A DNA stretch of 64,000 bases from an uncultured delta proteobacterium (GTDB lineage: Bacteria; Desulfobacterota; Binatia; UBA9968). The translations under genes were made by a program, and so were the position numbers. Shown here piece by piece: positions 10,266 to 21,042 of the stretch. Within the stretch, counting starts at the first letter, position 1, and every line of letters begins with the position of its first letter. The stretch covers positions 256,001 to 320,000 of the forward strand of contig CAWFJP010000001.1 of NCBI GenBank assembly GCA_963816145.1. Reading direction: 5' to 3'. The notes beneath the pieces are model-generated. The model was given only the letters and a program-made list of their open reading frames with translations, was not told the origin of the DNA and made no database searches.

Positions 10266-11270
10266 CGGCTCATACAACTTCTTGATAAACCCGCTCTTAT
10301 CCAGCTCCGCAATAAAGCTCGCATCGACAAACTCTTCCGGTTTGTGACTCCGAATTTCAGGGCGGGTTTGGGCGACGTAGTCGTAGGTCGGCTCCAGCCC
10401 CTTGGTGATCGGATACGGCGCGGCGATAAAATCCTGCTTGAAAATATTGTACGACCCTTCGAGAAATTCCGGATCGGTGGTGCGGACGTACTTGGTCAGA
10501 ACTTTGAGAGCGAATTCCTTGTTTTGCTTGTGGAATGCGATTCCTTCAACGTGCGACCGCACGAAGCGCATGACCGTGTCTCGGTCTTCCCGAATGTTCT
10601 TTCGAGTCGTCACCACGGATGTCGTCGGAAAAACTATTTCTTTTCTCGCATCGATCAAGACGCGGTAGCCTCTGCGCTCGGCTTGAATGTCGGCGGGATA
10701 CGCCACGTCGGCGCCGTCGACGACTCCCGTCATCAAAGCCTGCAGCCGTTCGGCGTTGGTGCCAATCGAGATCCAGGCGATTTCGCGGTCGGGGTTGAGG
10801 CCATATTTGCGCAGCGCGTAGCGAAACAGAAAATCTCCCAGTGATCCAATACTCGAGGTAGCGACTCTTTTGCCGCGCAATTCTTCCGGTCGCCGGATCT
10901 CCGGTCTGACCAGCAATTTGCTGGATGCCGACGCTATCGTGTGAGCCACATTGACCATATCGGCGCCGTTCAAGTTGGCCAGCATCAACTGCGGCAATGC
11001 CACCGGCGCGGCAAAGAGGCTTCCACTCAGGAGCGCCTGCGAACTCTGCCCCGAGCCGCGGAGCAGGACGATTTCCACATCGAGCCCGTTTTTCTGATAA
11101 ATCTTCGCTTCTTTAGCGAGCCAAGGAATCCACATGGCGGCGGACAACGCCGTCATGCCCCAATTGATCTTCTTGAGCGGCTTCTCCTGAGCGCGACCCT
11201 GTGTTTGCAAGACAACAAAGGAAACAAAAACCGCGATGATGAACCTACAATATTTCAGTTTCAGCGTCAT
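10260..11270 (-). CDS. ABC substrate-binding protein, SsuA/NMT1 family (tandem copy 5)
   Basis: Signal peptide; NGLDVEIV, LRGKRVATSSIGS and KPEEFVDASFIAELDKSGFI. Confidence 0.88.
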   Translation of the reverse strand: MTLKLKYCRFIIAVFVSFVVLQTQGRAQEKPLKKINWGMTALSAAMWIPWLAKEAKIYQKNGLDVEIVLLRGSGQSSQALLSGSLFAAPVALPQLMLANLNGADMVNVAHTIASASSKLLVRPEIRRPEELRGKRVATSSIGSLGDFLFRYALRKYGLNPDREIAWISIGTNAERLQALMTGVVDGADVAYPADIQAERRGYRVLIDARKEIVFPTTSVVTTRKNIREDRDTVMRFVRSHVEGIAFHKQNKEFALKVLTKYVRTTDPEFLEGSYNIFKQDFIAAPYPITKGLEPTYDYVAQTRPEIRSHKPEEFVDASFIAELDKSGFIKKLYEPK

Positions 11271-11303
11271 AATTATCCATTCTCAATTATCCATTATTCA
11301 TTT
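11271..11303. repeat. Heptamer tandem repeat (ATTATCC/ATTCTCA)
   Basis: aattatccattctcaattatccattattcattt. Confidence 0.6.
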
Positions 11304-12303
11304 CTGCTCGTAGAGCTTCTTGATAAACCCGCTCTTCTCCATCTCTGCGATGAAACTCGCGTCGACGAACTCTTCGGGTTTGCGGTTGCGCACCTCCGGG
11401 CGGGTTTGGGCGATAAAATCGTAGGTCGCCTCGAGCCCCTTGGTGATCGGATAAGGCACCGAGATAAAATCCTGCTTGTAGGTCTCGTAAGAATTCTCCA
11501 GCATCTCACGGTCGGCGATTTTGAGCGCCTTGCCCAGACACGCGCATGCTGAATTCCTTGTTCTGCTTGAAAAAAGCGATCCCTTCGACGTGAGAGCGGA
11601 CCATTCTCGCGACCGTATCGCGGTCCTCGACAATGGTTCTGCGCCGGGTCACCACCGACATGGACGGATAGGAGACTTCCTTGCGTAGGTCGAGCAGGAT
11701 GCGATAGCCCTTTTTCTCGCCCTGTAGATCGATCGGGTAGGAAGCCTCGGCGGCGTCCACCGTGCCGGCCAGAAGACCTTGGAGCCGCTCGGTCGGCGTG
11801 CCCATCATGAACCAGGTAATATCGCGGTTGGGATCGAGACCGTATTTGCGAAACGTATGCTTGAGTAGAAAATCGCTCAGCGAACCCAAGCTGGTAATAC
11901 CGACGCGTTTGCCTTTGAGATCTTCCACCCGCTTGATATCGGGCCGGACCAATAGCTTGGTGGCGACCGCGGCGACGGTGTGGGCGACGTTGACAAAATC
12001 GGCGCCGCTCAGATCCGCCATGATCATCGTCGTCAGGGTCACCGGCGAGGCGAAGATGCTGCCGCCAAGTATCGCCGCCGAAGTTTGTCCCGAGCCGCGC
12101 AGCAAAATCAGCTGAACATCGAGGCCGTGCTTGTCGTAAATCTTCGCCTCCTTGGCGATCCACGGAATCCAATTGCCCGCCGACAGCGAAGTAACGCCCC
12201 AATTGATTTTCTTGAGCGGTCTATCTTGGCTGAAAGCCTCGAGGGAAAGAAGGCTAAAAATGACGAACGAGGCTAAAATCAGTTTGTGCGCAATCGGTTT
12301 CAT
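11298..12303 (-). CDS. ABC substrate-binding protein, SsuA/NMT1 family (tandem copy 4; one frameshift near 11540)
   Basis: ORFs 11506..12327 and 11298..11633 join as ...KEFSMRV/LGKALKIADREMLE..., colinear with the paralogues; the extra base is probably a sequencing error. Confidence 0.82.
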
Positions 12304-12341
12304 GATGATTTCCTCCTCGCGCCTCAAGCCTCGTGCCTCTT

Positions 12342-13346
12342 CTACTTCTGATCGTAAAGCTTTTTAATGAAGTCGCTTTTCTCTAGTTCGGCGACGAGGC
12401 TCGGGTCCATGAACTCTTCGGGCTTATGATTGCGGACCTCCGGTCTGCGGCTAGCGACGTAGTCGTAGGTTGCCTCCAGGCCCTTCATGATCGGATACGG
12501 CGTGCTGATGAAATCTTCTTTGAATATCTCGTAGGAGCCTTCGAGTAATTCGCGGTCGTTGGTGCGCAAATATTTGCTCAATACCTTAAGGCTGAAATCC
12601 TTGTGGCTTTTGAAATACGCGATGCTCTCGACATGGGCTTTCAGCAACCGCATCACGGTGTCGCGATCGTCCTGGATATTTTTCCGCCGCGTCACCACAG
12701 ACATCGAAGGATAAACGACTTCCTTTCTGGCGTCCCATAGAACCCGATAGCCCATGCGCAGCGCCTGCACATCAGTTGGATAGGAGAGATCCGCGGCGTC
12801 CACGTTACCCGACGCGAGCGCCTGAAGCCTTTCCGGCGGAGTCCCAATTGACAACCAAGTCACGTCCCGGTTCGGGTCCATGCCATATTTCCGAATGATG
12901 TATCGGAAGAGAAAATCGCCCAAGGAGCCCAAGCTAGACGTCGCGATTCTTTTGCCTTTGATGTCTTCCGGTTTTTTGATCTCCTGTTTCACCAGCAATT
13001 TGCTTTGAACGCCAGGCACCGTATGAGCGATGTTGATCAAATCGGCGCCACTGAGATCGGCGAGCATCACAGTGGGCAGCGCCACCGGGGCCGCGAAAAG
13101 GCTTCCGCCGAGGATCGCCGTGGAAGTCTGACCCGAACCTTTGACCAGAATTAACTCGACATCGAGCCCGTACTTTTCATAGATCTTCGCTTCTTTGGCG
13201 ACCCACGGAATCCAATTGGACGCCGACAACGAAGTCACACCCCAGCTGATTTTTTTCAAAGGTTTGTCTTGCGCGAATCCATTGGAGTGGGTCGACTCAG
13301 AGAGCAGTAAGAATGCAACAACCAAAAAACGAGGAAATAATCTCAT
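12342..13346 (-). CDS. ABC substrate-binding protein, SsuA/NMT1 family (tandem copy 3)
   Basis: Same motifs as the neighbours (WIPWVAKEAKIYEKYGLDVE, YPSMSVVTRR). Confidence 0.88.
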   Translation of the reverse strand: MRLFPRFLVVAFLLLSESTHSNGFAQDKPLKKISWGVTSLSASNWIPWVAKEAKIYEKYGLDVELILVKGSGQTSTAILGGSLFAAPVALPTVMLADLSGADLINIAHTVPGVQSKLLVKQEIKKPEDIKGKRIATSSLGSLGDFLFRYIIRKYGMDPNRDVTWLSIGTPPERLQALASGNVDAADLSYPTDVQALRMGYRVLWDARKEVVYPSMSVVTRRKNIQDDRDTVMRLLKAHVESIAYFKSHKDFSLKVLSKYLRTNDRELLEGSYEIFKEDFISTPYPIMKGLEATYDYVASRRPEVRNHKPEEFMDPSLVAELEKSDFIKKLYDQK

Positions 13347-13405
13347 AACTATTCCCCTCCGTCGGTCTTTCTAACGCCGGTCGCCTATTGCCTGATGTTC
13401 TCGTG

Positions 13406-14404
13406 TCACTTTTGGCCGTAAAGCTTCTTGATGAAGCCGCTCTTGTCCAACTCGGCGATGAAGCTTGGGTCGGCGAACTCTTCCGGTTTGTGATTGTTAA
13501 TTTCCGGCCGGCGCTGGGCCACTTGCTCATAAGCGAGCTTAAGACCGGTCACGATAGGGTAAGGGGTTGGGATAAAGTCTTTGCTGTAAATATCGTAGGA
13601 ACCCTCTAGAAGCTCCCGGTCATCGGTGCGCAAATACTTAGACAAGATTTTCAGGCTGGCCTCTTTCTGAGTTCTCAAAAAATGAATGCCTTCGACATGC
13701 GAGCGTACCATGCGCATGACCGCGTCGCGGTCCTCTTGAATGGTCTTTTTACGCGTGACCACCGACATGGACGGATAGGGGACTTCCACTCTGGCGTCCC
13801 ACAAGACGCGAAATCCCATTCGCTCACCGCGGGCGTCGGACGGATAGGAAAGGTCCGCGGCATCGACCACGCCGTTGACGAGCGCCTGGAGCCGTTCCGG
13901 TGGCGAACCGACGGTGATCCAGATCACGTCTTTGTCTGGGTTGAGACCATATTTGCGCATGGTCACGCGATACATGAAATCGCCCAGGGAACCCAGACCG
14001 GAACTGGCGACCTTCTTGCCCTTGAGATCCTCGGGTCTACGAATCTCCGGCTTCACCAGCATCTTACCCTGTACGGCGGCGACAGTATGGGCCACCGTGG
14101 TCAGATCAGCCCCGCTCAAATTGGCCGTCATCAGCGTCGCCGTGGTCACCGGCGAGGCGAAGATGCTGCCGCCGATCATCGCTTGCGAAGTCTGCCCCGA
14201 GCCACGCAGCAAGATAATCTCCATGTCCAAGCCGTTTTTTTCGTAAATCTTCATGTCCTTGGCGATCCAAGGAATCCACTGCGACGCACCAATGGAAGTC
14301 TGCCCCCAGCGCACTTTTTTGAGACCTTGCGCCGGCAAGTTCAAAGCGGCGGTTAGGCTAAATATCATTACCAAGGTAAACAGTCGGAAGAATTTGCTGC
14401 ACAT
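13406..14404 (-). CDS. ABC substrate-binding protein, SsuA/NMT1 family (tandem copy 2)
   Basis: WIPWIAKDMKIYEKNGLD and YPSMSVVTRKK; probable start 14404. Confidence 0.88.
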   Translation of the reverse strand: MCSKFFRLFTLVMIFSLTAALNLPAQGLKKVRWGQTSIGASQWIPWIAKDMKIYEKNGLDMEIILLRGSGQTSQAMIGGSIFASPVTTATLMTANLSGADLTTVAHTVAAVQGKMLVKPEIRRPEDLKGKKVASSGLGSLGDFMYRVTMRKYGLNPDKDVIWITVGSPPERLQALVNGVVDAADLSYPSDARGERMGFRVLWDARVEVPYPSMSVVTRKKTIQEDRDAVMRMVRSHVEGIHFLRTQKEASLKILSKYLRTDDRELLEGSYDIYSKDFIPTPYPIVTGLKLAYEQVAQRRPEINNHKPEEFADPSFIAELDKSGFIKKLYGQK

Positions 14405-14454
14405 GATTTTGTCTCTCCAAATCTTTCTATGGCCTGTCGCGTCGAGTCGCACGT

Positions 14455-15462
14455 CTATTTTCGAATAGCGAACGGCTTGGCAAATCCGCTGTCTTCGATC
14501 TTTTTCAAAATGCTCATGTCGTAGAAATCCTCGGGATTTGCCGTCGCCGCTTTGGGCTGGCTCGCCGCCAAGAACTGCAACACCGACTTTACGCCGGCAA
14601 CACTGGCATAGGGCATCACAGGCATAAGATCGAGATAATATTCATAGCCTTCCTCTGCCCGTGATCGATCGCTCATCTTCATGAACTTCATGATGCCCGC
14701 GATGGTCTTCTCTTTCTGGGTGCGAAAAAAATGCAGCGACTCGACGTATCCTTTGAGAAAGTTTTCGACCAGCTGCGGGTGGCTCTTAATGTAGCCAACC
14801 ATGCCGGCGATGGCGGATCCGGCGTATTCGATATCCGTTTTGCGCATATCGATGAGCTCACGGAAACCGAGCTGTCGAGCAATGCCGCTAAACGGCGGTG
14901 TCAAGGCAGTAGCCACAACGGAGCCGCGCTGCAAGGCATTCAGACGCCCCTGTTGGCTATCGCCGACGGAAATGAAGATGACATCTTTGCCTGGCTCCAA
15001 GCCCCACTTGCGCAACATCAATCGCAAGGCGCTGTCAGCGGACGCGCCCGGCCGCGTCCCGGTGACGATCTTGCCTTTCAATTCTTGCGGACTCTTGATT
15101 TCCGGCGCGCTAAGAATGCTGTATTCGAGCTTGTTGGACTGTACGGTAAGCATGGTTATGTCCACCCCGCCCAGATGTGCGCTGATCGTCGCCGTTGAAC
15201 CGGCGGAAAGAAACTGCACGGAATTCGAAGTCACCGCCGCCAGAGAGTTCATGCCGCCGCCCATGTAGATCGGTTCGAGATCGACGCCGTATTTGGCAAA
15301 TAACCCGTATTGAGTGCCGACGGGAATCACCGAGGTGTTGACGGATATCGATCCCAACGCCACGCGAACCTTCTCACGCGTCTGCGCCGCACCGATTTGC
15401 GGCAAAATCACCAAACCGAGAATCAAAACCAACCTAAGCTTCTTCGCCATTTTCCTACTCAT
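14455..15462 (-). CDS. ABC substrate-binding protein, SsuA/NMT1 family (more divergent copy 1)
   Basis: Signal peptide; KYGVDLE, LKGKIVTGTRPGAS and NPEDFYDMSILKKIEDSGF. Confidence 0.85.
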   Translation of the reverse strand: MSRKMAKKLRLVLILGLVILPQIGAAQTREKVRVALGSISVNTSVIPVGTQYGLFAKYGVDLEPIYMGGGMNSLAAVTSNSVQFLSAGSTATISAHLGGVDITMLTVQSNKLEYSILSAPEIKSPQELKGKIVTGTRPGASADSALRLMLRKWGLEPGKDVIFISVGDSQQGRLNALQRGSVVATALTPPFSGIARQLGFRELIDMRKTDIEYAGSAIAGMVGYIKSHPQLVENFLKGYVESLHFFRTQKEKTIAGIMKFMKMSDRSRAEEGYEYYLDLMPVMPYASVAGVKSVLQFLAASQPKAATANPEDFYDMSILKKIEDSGFAKPFAIRK

Positions 15463-15518
15463 GCCTCGCACCTCACGCCTTCCTAACTATTGCCTATTGC
15501 CTTATGCCTATTGCCTAA
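15463..15518. repeat. Heptamer tandem repeats (GCCTCAC and TGCCTAT families)
   Basis: gcctcgcacctcacgcct and tattgcctattgccttatgcctattgccta; the last unit contains the acs stop. Confidence 0.65.
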
Positions 15519-17473
15519 TCTTCCTCGTACTGCTCTTTCAACCGCGCCACCACCGTCGGATCGGCCAGCGTCGTGGTATCCCCCAGCGCGCGCCCATCGG
15601 CGATATCGCGCAACAAACGGCGCATGATCTTGCCGCTGCGGGTCTTCGGCAACTCGGCGGCGAAGAGAATTTCGTCGGGCCGGGCGATGGCGCCGATCTT
15701 CTTGGCCACATGAGCTTTGAGTTCGTCCATCAAGGCATTGCTGCCATCGACCCCAACTTTGAGTGAAACGAAGGCACAGATCCCCTGCCCTTTGATCTCA
15801 TGCTCCTTACCGATGACCGCCGCCTCGGCGACATTTTGGTGATCGACCAGCGCGCTCTCGACTTCCATGGTGCTGATGCGATGGCCGGCGACGTTCATCA
15901 CGTCGTCGACCCGGCCGAGCAGCCAGTAGTAGCCGTCCTTGTCGCGCTTGCAGCCATCGCCGGCGAAATATTTTCCGGGAAAGCGGCTCCAGTACGTCTG
16001 CACGAAACGGTCGGGATCGCCGAAGATCGTCCGCATCATTGCCGGCCAAGGTTTGGTCAGGACTAAATAACCGCCGCCGCCCTTGGGCACCGATTTGCCG
16101 TTCTCGTCGACCACGTCGGCTTCGATGCCCGGCAACGGCATGGTCGCCGAGCCGGGTTTCAGTTTGGTTAGGCCCGGCAGAGGCGAGATCAGCGGATGGC
16201 CAGTCTCGGTCTGCCACCAGGTGTCCAGCACCGGACAGCGCCCGCCGCCGATAAACTTGTGGTACCACATCCAAGCTTCCGGATTGATCGGCTCGCCGAC
16301 CGAGCCGAGCAGCCGCAGGGATTTCAGATTATGCTTGGCGGGAAATTCCGTGCCCCAGCGCATGAAGGTGCGGATCGCCGTCGGCGCCGTGTGAAAGATC
16401 GTCACACCGTATTTGGCGATGATCTTCCACAGCCGGTCTTTGTCCGGCCAATCCGGCGTGCCTTCGTACATCACCTGGGTCACGCCGTTGGCCATGGGTC
16501 CGTAAACTATGTGGGTGTGGCCGGTGACCCAGCCGATATCGGCGGCGCACCAGAAGACATCGTCTTCCTTCATGTCGAAGACCCATTTATTGACCAGATG
16601 CACGCCGGTGAGATAGCCGCCGGTGGTATGCACGATGCCTTTGGGTTTGCCAGTGGTGCCGCTGGTGTAGAGAATGAACAACATGTCCTCGCTGTCCATC
16701 TTTTCCGGCTCGCACCACAGCGGCGCATCGGCCATCGCTTCGTGCCACCAAAGATCGCGCCCGTCTTTCATATGCGCGCCCGCTTCGGCGCCGACCCGTT
16801 GCACCACCACGCAATGGCTAATCGACGGCGTATCGGTCATCGCCTCGTCGGCGTTCTTCTTTAACGGCACGATGGTCCCGCGCCGGTAACCGCCGTCGGC
16901 GGTGACGAGTATTTTCGCCTGGGCATCGTTGATCCGGTCGCGCAGCGCCTCGGCGCTGAAACCGCCGAAGACCACGCTGTGCGGCGCGCCGATGCGATTG
17001 CAGGCGTGCATGGCGATCAACAGCTCCGGCACCATGCCCATATAAAGGCAGACCCGGTCGCCTTTTTTGACGCCGAGTTTTTTCAGCACGTTGGCAAACT
17101 TGTTGACCTCGCGCCAAACGTCGCGGTAGGTCAGCACCCGCTCGTCGCCTGGCTCCCCTTCCCAGATAATCGCCGCTTTGTTTTTGCGCCCGGAGAGCAC
17201 ATGCCGATCGAGGCAATTGTACGACGCGTTAAGTTTGCCGCCGATAAACCACTTGGCCCATGGCAATTTCCACTCGTGAACCTTCTTCCAAGGCTTGAAC
17301 CAGTGCAGCTCTTTGGCCGCTTTTGCCCAGAACGCCTCGGGATTTTTCCGCGCTTGGTTGAAGACAGCGGCGCTTTTCAGATTGGCGGATTTTTTGAACT
17401 CTTTGGGAGGCGGGAAATTTCTCTTTTCGTCGAGTAAGACTTCAATCGCTTTGTCGGTGGCCTTGTCTGCCAT
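15515..17473 (-). CDS. acs: Acetyl-CoA synthetase (AMP-forming)
   Basis: [33 protein letters not shown] and [14 protein letters not shown] motifs; RBS GGAGG before ATG 17473. Confidence 0.96.
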   Translation of the reverse strand: MADKATDKAIEVLLDEKRNFPPPKEFKKSANLKSAAVFNQARKNPEAFWAKAAKELHWFKPWKKVHEWKLPWAKWFIGGKLNASYNCLDRHVLSGRKNKAAIIWEGEPGDERVLTYRDVWREVNKFANVLKKLGVKKGDRVCLYMGMVPELLIAMHACNRIGAPHSVVFGGFSAEALRDRINDAQAKILVTADGGYRRGTIVPLKKNADEAMTDTPSISHCVVVQRVGAEAGAHMKDGRDLWWHEAMADAPLWCEPEKMDSEDMLFILYTSGTTGKPKGIVHTTGGYLTGVHLVNKWVFDMKEDDVFWCAADIGWVTGHTHIVYGPMANGVTQVMYEGTPDWPDKDRLWKIIAKYGVTIFHTAPTAIRTFMRWGTEFPAKHNLKSLRLLGSVGEPINPEAWMWYHKFIGGGRCPVLDTWWQTETGHPLISPLPGLTKLKPGSATMPLPGIEADVVDENGKSVPKGGGGYLVLTKPWPAMMRTIFGDPDRFVQTYWSRFPGKYFAGDGCKRDKDGYYWLLGRVDDVMNVAGHRISTMEVESALVDHQNVAEAAVIGKEHEIKGQGICAFVSLKVGVDGSNALMDELKAHVAKKIGAIARPDEILFAAELPKTRSGKIMRRLLRDIADGRALGDTTTLADPTVVARLKEQYEED

Positions 17474-17560
17474 GGTGTGATCCCTCCATTGGAATATTCG
17501 CAAGGCGATAAATTGCGTGGATTCTATGTGAGCCCCAAGTTCTTGGCAAGAGGATAGTCG

Positions 17561-17600
17561 TTACGAGTTTCGGGTTGAACTCGAAACACGGAACTCGTAA
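17561..17600. repeat. Imperfect palindrome of heptamer-like units
   Basis: TTACGAGTT...AACTCGTAA arms enclosing tcgggttgaactcgaaacacgg. Confidence 0.5.
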
Positions 17601-17678
17601 TCCGCAATGCCCTTACTGCCCTTGACGCTGCTTCCAGGGTTGGGATAGGTCTCAAGAGATCAAGTAGAAGGAGTCCCC

Positions 17679-18419
17679 ATGAACAAAGTCGCTGTCGTCA
17701 CCGGAGGTGCGGGAAACATCGGTCAGGCCGTCGTCGAGCGGCTCGCCAAAGACAACTATCGAATCGTCATTCTGGACATGAACCAAGACACGGGCACCAA
17801 GGTCGTCGGCGAGTTCGCCAAGCGCGATATCAATCTGGACTTTCATTGCGCCAATCTGTCCGAAGAAACCGCCGTCAAAACGGCCTTCGATGCGATCATC
17901 GCCAAGCAGGGACGCGTCGATCTATTGGTCAACGTTGCCGGCGGCAGTTTCTTCCGCCACAAGTTTGAAGACTTTCCGCTCGACCATTGGCGCACGATCA
18001 TCGACGCCAATCTCACCGCCACTTTCCTCTGCTGCCGCGCCGTGACCGTGCCGATGAAACAGCTAAAGGCCGGCGCCATCGTCAATATCTCCTCGGACAT
18101 CGCCTACAGCGGCGGTGAAAACCGCTCCGCCTACGCCGCCGCCAAGGCCGGCATCTTGGGACTCACCCGAACACTGGCGCTCGAACTCGCGCCCGCCGGC
18201 GTCCGCGTCAACGCCGTCGCCCCCGGCCGTATCGCCACCGCGAAGGTGCGCAGCCACTACACCGATGCCGAATGGGAGAAATCGAACGAACGCATCCCCC
18301 TCGGCCACCCCGGTGGAGTGGAAGACGTCGCCGAAGCCGTTGCTTACCTAGCCAGCGACGCCGCGAAACATATGACCGGACAGACGATGCATGTGAACGG
18401 TGGGAGGATTATGCACTGA
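17679..18419 (+). CDS. Short-chain dehydrogenase/reductase (FabG-like)
   Basis: TGGAGNIG, YAAAK catalytic motif, VRVNAVAPG. Confidence 0.92.
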   Translation: MNKVAVVTGGAGNIGQAVVERLAKDNYRIVILDMNQDTGTKVVGEFAKRDINLDFHCANLSEETAVKTAFDAIIAKQGRVDLLVNVAGGSFFRHKFEDFPLDHWRTIIDANLTATFLCCRAVTVPMKQLKAGAIVNISSDIAYSGGENRSAYAAAKAGILGLTRTLALELAPAGVRVNAVAPGRIATAKVRSHYTDAEWEKSNERIPLGHPGGVEDVAEAVAYLASDAAKHMTGQTMHVNGGRIMH

Positions 18420-18446
18420 CACTGTTACTGACCTTTCACAGAAAAC

Positions 18447-18482
18447 AAAAAAGCCAGAGACCTATTGCTAGATCTCTGGCTT
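18447..18482. terminator. Rho-independent terminator between convergent genes
   Basis: A-run plus AAGCCAGAGA/TCTCTGGCTT 10-bp stem. Confidence 0.65.
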
Positions 18483-18563
18483 ATTGCTGCAGACGAAGTT
18501 GTATAACTATGTTGAGCTGCAAGTCCTAATTTGAGAATTTGACCAGCGCGGCTAATTTAAACC

Positions 18564-19907
18564 TTATTTCCCACCCCGGCGCGCCGCGATCACTTCGAGC
18601 ATCTTGTCATCGCTGGTGTATTTGAAGTCCCAGGTCTTGCGCGCTTTGGCGGCTTCCTGCTCGGCGCCTTCAAGGAGCTCGACATCCGGTTTGGTCACAA
18701 CCGTCACGCCCTTTTGCTTCAAAGCGCCGATCAAGCCCTCGATTTTGGCTTCCATCTCGCCGGCCGAAAGACCGGGTTTAGCCGCCAGGTAGTTGTTCAC
18801 AACCTTCATACCGCGCTCAGCGTCTTGTTTGGCGACGCCGACCAGACCGACACTGGCGTTGCGCGACCAGCCGGCGACAAAGATGCCGTCGAGCACCTTC
18901 TTGGTTTCGGGATCATACGGTTGATAGGCCGCCGGGTTGGGATCGCCGGGCAGTTTCTCGGGGTTGGTCACAAAGGCGCCACGTGAGAACGGCAGGCCGA
19001 GCGAAGCGTCGACTTGATCGCCGATGGCGTAGATCACGCAATCGACTTCGATACGCCGGGTCTTCCCTGTGCCCTTGGCGACGGTTTTACCGTCTTGCAG
19101 AATCATCACGTTTTCTTCGGCCTCCAAAACAGCGACCCGGCCCTGGGCATTGGCGACAACCTTGTTCGGCGAACAGAGATAGCGAAACTTGAGCCGGCGT
19201 CCTTCCAACGGCTCGCCCTGGCGCACCATTTTTTGCATGATCGCGCCGACATCCTGTCCGACCGCGGTCAATGACCCGCTGATGCGTTCGATCTCCTGTT
19301 TCATATCGGCGTTGTCGAGATACATGTCGATATATTCGAACTCGCTGTCGTCGTAGGCTTTTTCCAGCGGTCCGCGGCGCGCGACCACGACCACTTCGTC
19401 GATCTTTTTCAGATTGAGCAGCCAGTTGGCAATATCGACCATGACGTTGCCCATGCCGATGATCGCCACGCGCCGGCCGATCTCGAAGGGCTGCTCGCTG
19501 AAAGGCGGCAACGAGTTGTAGTGATAGACAACGTCCTTGGCGTGATACACGCCGACCGCTTCTTCGCCCTCGATGCCTAATTTCTTGGTTCCCTGCGCTC
19601 CTGCGGCCACCACCACCGCGCCAAAACCCATGTCTTGGAGATCCTTGAGCGACAGCGGCTGGTTCTGCCCCACCATCACATGACCTAAATAAAACACTTT
19701 GGTGTCGGCAAGAATCCTTTTGAACTGCTTGCGCAGGCCGGTTTTCATCTTTTCCTTATCAACAAAGATACCGTACTCCGCCAAGCCGCCCGGTTTGATA
19801 TCGCGATTGATCAAGACCACCCGATGGCCGGCTTCGGTCAATTTGCGCGTGCCGTAAATACCCGCGGGCCCCGCGCCGACAACCGCAACCAAATGTTGAT
19901 TAGACAT
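18564..19907 (-). CDS. Ferredoxin-NADP+ reductase, FprA/adrenodoxin reductase-like FAD oxidoreductase
   Basis: GAGPAG FAD motif, PGGLAEYGI, GMGNVMVDIA NADP motif, ARRGP, AGW. Confidence 0.8.
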   Translation of the reverse strand: MSNQHLVAVVGAGPAGIYGTRKLTEAGHRVVLINRDIKPGGLAEYGIFVDKEKMKTGLRKQFKRILADTKVFYLGHVMVGQNQPLSLKDLQDMGFGAVVVAAGAQGTKKLGIEGEEAVGVYHAKDVVYHYNSLPPFSEQPFEIGRRVAIIGMGNVMVDIANWLLNLKKIDEVVVVARRGPLEKAYDDSEFEYIDMYLDNADMKQEIERISGSLTAVGQDVGAIMQKMVRQGEPLEGRRLKFRYLCSPNKVVANAQGRVAVLEAEENVMILQDGKTVAKGTGKTRRIEVDCVIYAIGDQVDASLGLPFSRGAFVTNPEKLPGDPNPAAYQPYDPETKKVLDGIFVAGWSRNASVGLVGVAKQDAERGMKVVNNYLAAKPGLSAGEMEAKIEGLIGALKQKGVTVVTKPDVELLEGAEQEAAKARKTWDFKYTSDDKMLEVIAARRGGK

Positions 19908-19998
19908 TGCCCTACCTCTTAACCAAAATTGTATTTCTCTCGCCGTTGAGAGATGAGCTGAAGATAAAAAAACTAGAGAGACAAAGGGTGCCGGCGGT

Positions 19999-20268
19999 CT
20001 ACTGAAGTTCCCTTTTGCCTTCGTATTCTAGCTCGGTACCGCGGGAGTCCTTATGGGTAAAGGAAACCAGTTCCCAACTGCCATCCTCAAGGGGTCCCTT
20101 GAGAATGTAGGAGTTCTCGTCGCTGCCGAGAACCCGATAGTAGCAAGCTTGCTCGCCGTACCAGCGATCCACGCAGGCTTCCACCTTGATGGTTCGCGCT
20201 CCGAGCATGAACTGGGTGGGGCTTTCTTGTCCCTTGGAGTCGGCGTAAGATTCGACTTTGACTTTCAT
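19999..20268 (-). CDS. Small conserved hypothetical protein (SH3-like beta protein)
   Basis: MKVKVESYADSKGQESPTQF...VDRWYG...YYRV; start ATG 20268. Confidence 0.6.
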   Translation of the reverse strand: MKVKVESYADSKGQESPTQFMLGARTIKVEACVDRWYGEQACYYRVLGSDENSYILKGPLEDGSWELVSFTHKDSRGTELEYEGKRELQ

Positions 20269-20341
20269 CGGTAACTCACTTAAACCCAGCGTTTGGAACA
20301 GCGTAATATAACCCAAAATTTCCCCACTTTAAAGGAGTCCT

Positions 20342-21031
20342 ATGTCGACGGTCGATCAACTCAGAAAAGACATCGTCAGCGCCAGCCGGATTCTTGCGCA
20401 TCTGCGCCTGGTTGAAGGTTTCGGCCATGTCAGCGCGCGCATTCCCGACAGCGATCGCTTCTTGATCACCCCGCGTATCAGTCTGGCAATGGTGCGTGAA
20501 GAACAATTGCTGACCCTGAACACGAACGGTGAAGTGGTCGACGGCCACCATCCGGTGCCTTTTGAAGCCTGGCTGCACACGGCGATCATGAAAACCAAGC
20601 CGCGGGTCAATGCGATAACCCGCATCCACGCGCGCGTGGCGAATATTTTTTCGGTCACCGACCGCCGGCTCGAGCCGGTGCACAATCACGGCAGTTTCTT
20701 TGCCGGTGGGGTGCCGGTTTTTACAACGCCCGATCTGATTTCGTCGGAGAAACTCGGCACAGCCGTCGGCGAAGCACTCGGCGATCGCCCCGCGATTCTG
20801 CTGCGCGGCAACGGCCAAGTGACGGTCGGCAGAACGATTCCGGAAGCGGTCATGATGGCGATCTATTTGGAAGAGGCAGCGGAGGTGCTTTACGGCGCGC
20901 TGCAGATCGGTAAGCCGATCCCGCTCACCATCGATGAGTCGAGACAGAGACAAATCGAGGCCCTGCCGCCGGTCGATTTGGAGCGAGCTTGGAATTTTTT
21001 CAAAAATAAAGTCGAGCGCGAGAGCAGATAA
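20342..21031 (+). CDS. Class II aldolase/adducin family protein
   Basis: EGFGHVSAR, EAWLHTAI and AILLRGNG; several Zn-binding His positions appear replaced (TRIH, RGNG). Confidence 0.85.
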   Translation: MSTVDQLRKDIVSASRILAHLRLVEGFGHVSARIPDSDRFLITPRISLAMVREEQLLTLNTNGEVVDGHHPVPFEAWLHTAIMKTKPRVNAITRIHARVANIFSVTDRRLEPVHNHGSFFAGGVPVFTTPDLISSEKLGTAVGEALGDRPAILLRGNGQVTVGRTIPEAVMMAIYLEEAAEVLYGALQIGKPIPLTIDESRQRQIEALPPVDLERAWNFFKNKVERESR

Positions 21032-21042
21032 GCAGTTCAAAT

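Noticed and set aside
11530-11550. Programmed frameshift in the SBP gene (also near 39990)
   Set aside because: No slippery heptamer or homopolymer is present; a single-base indel fits a sequencing error better.
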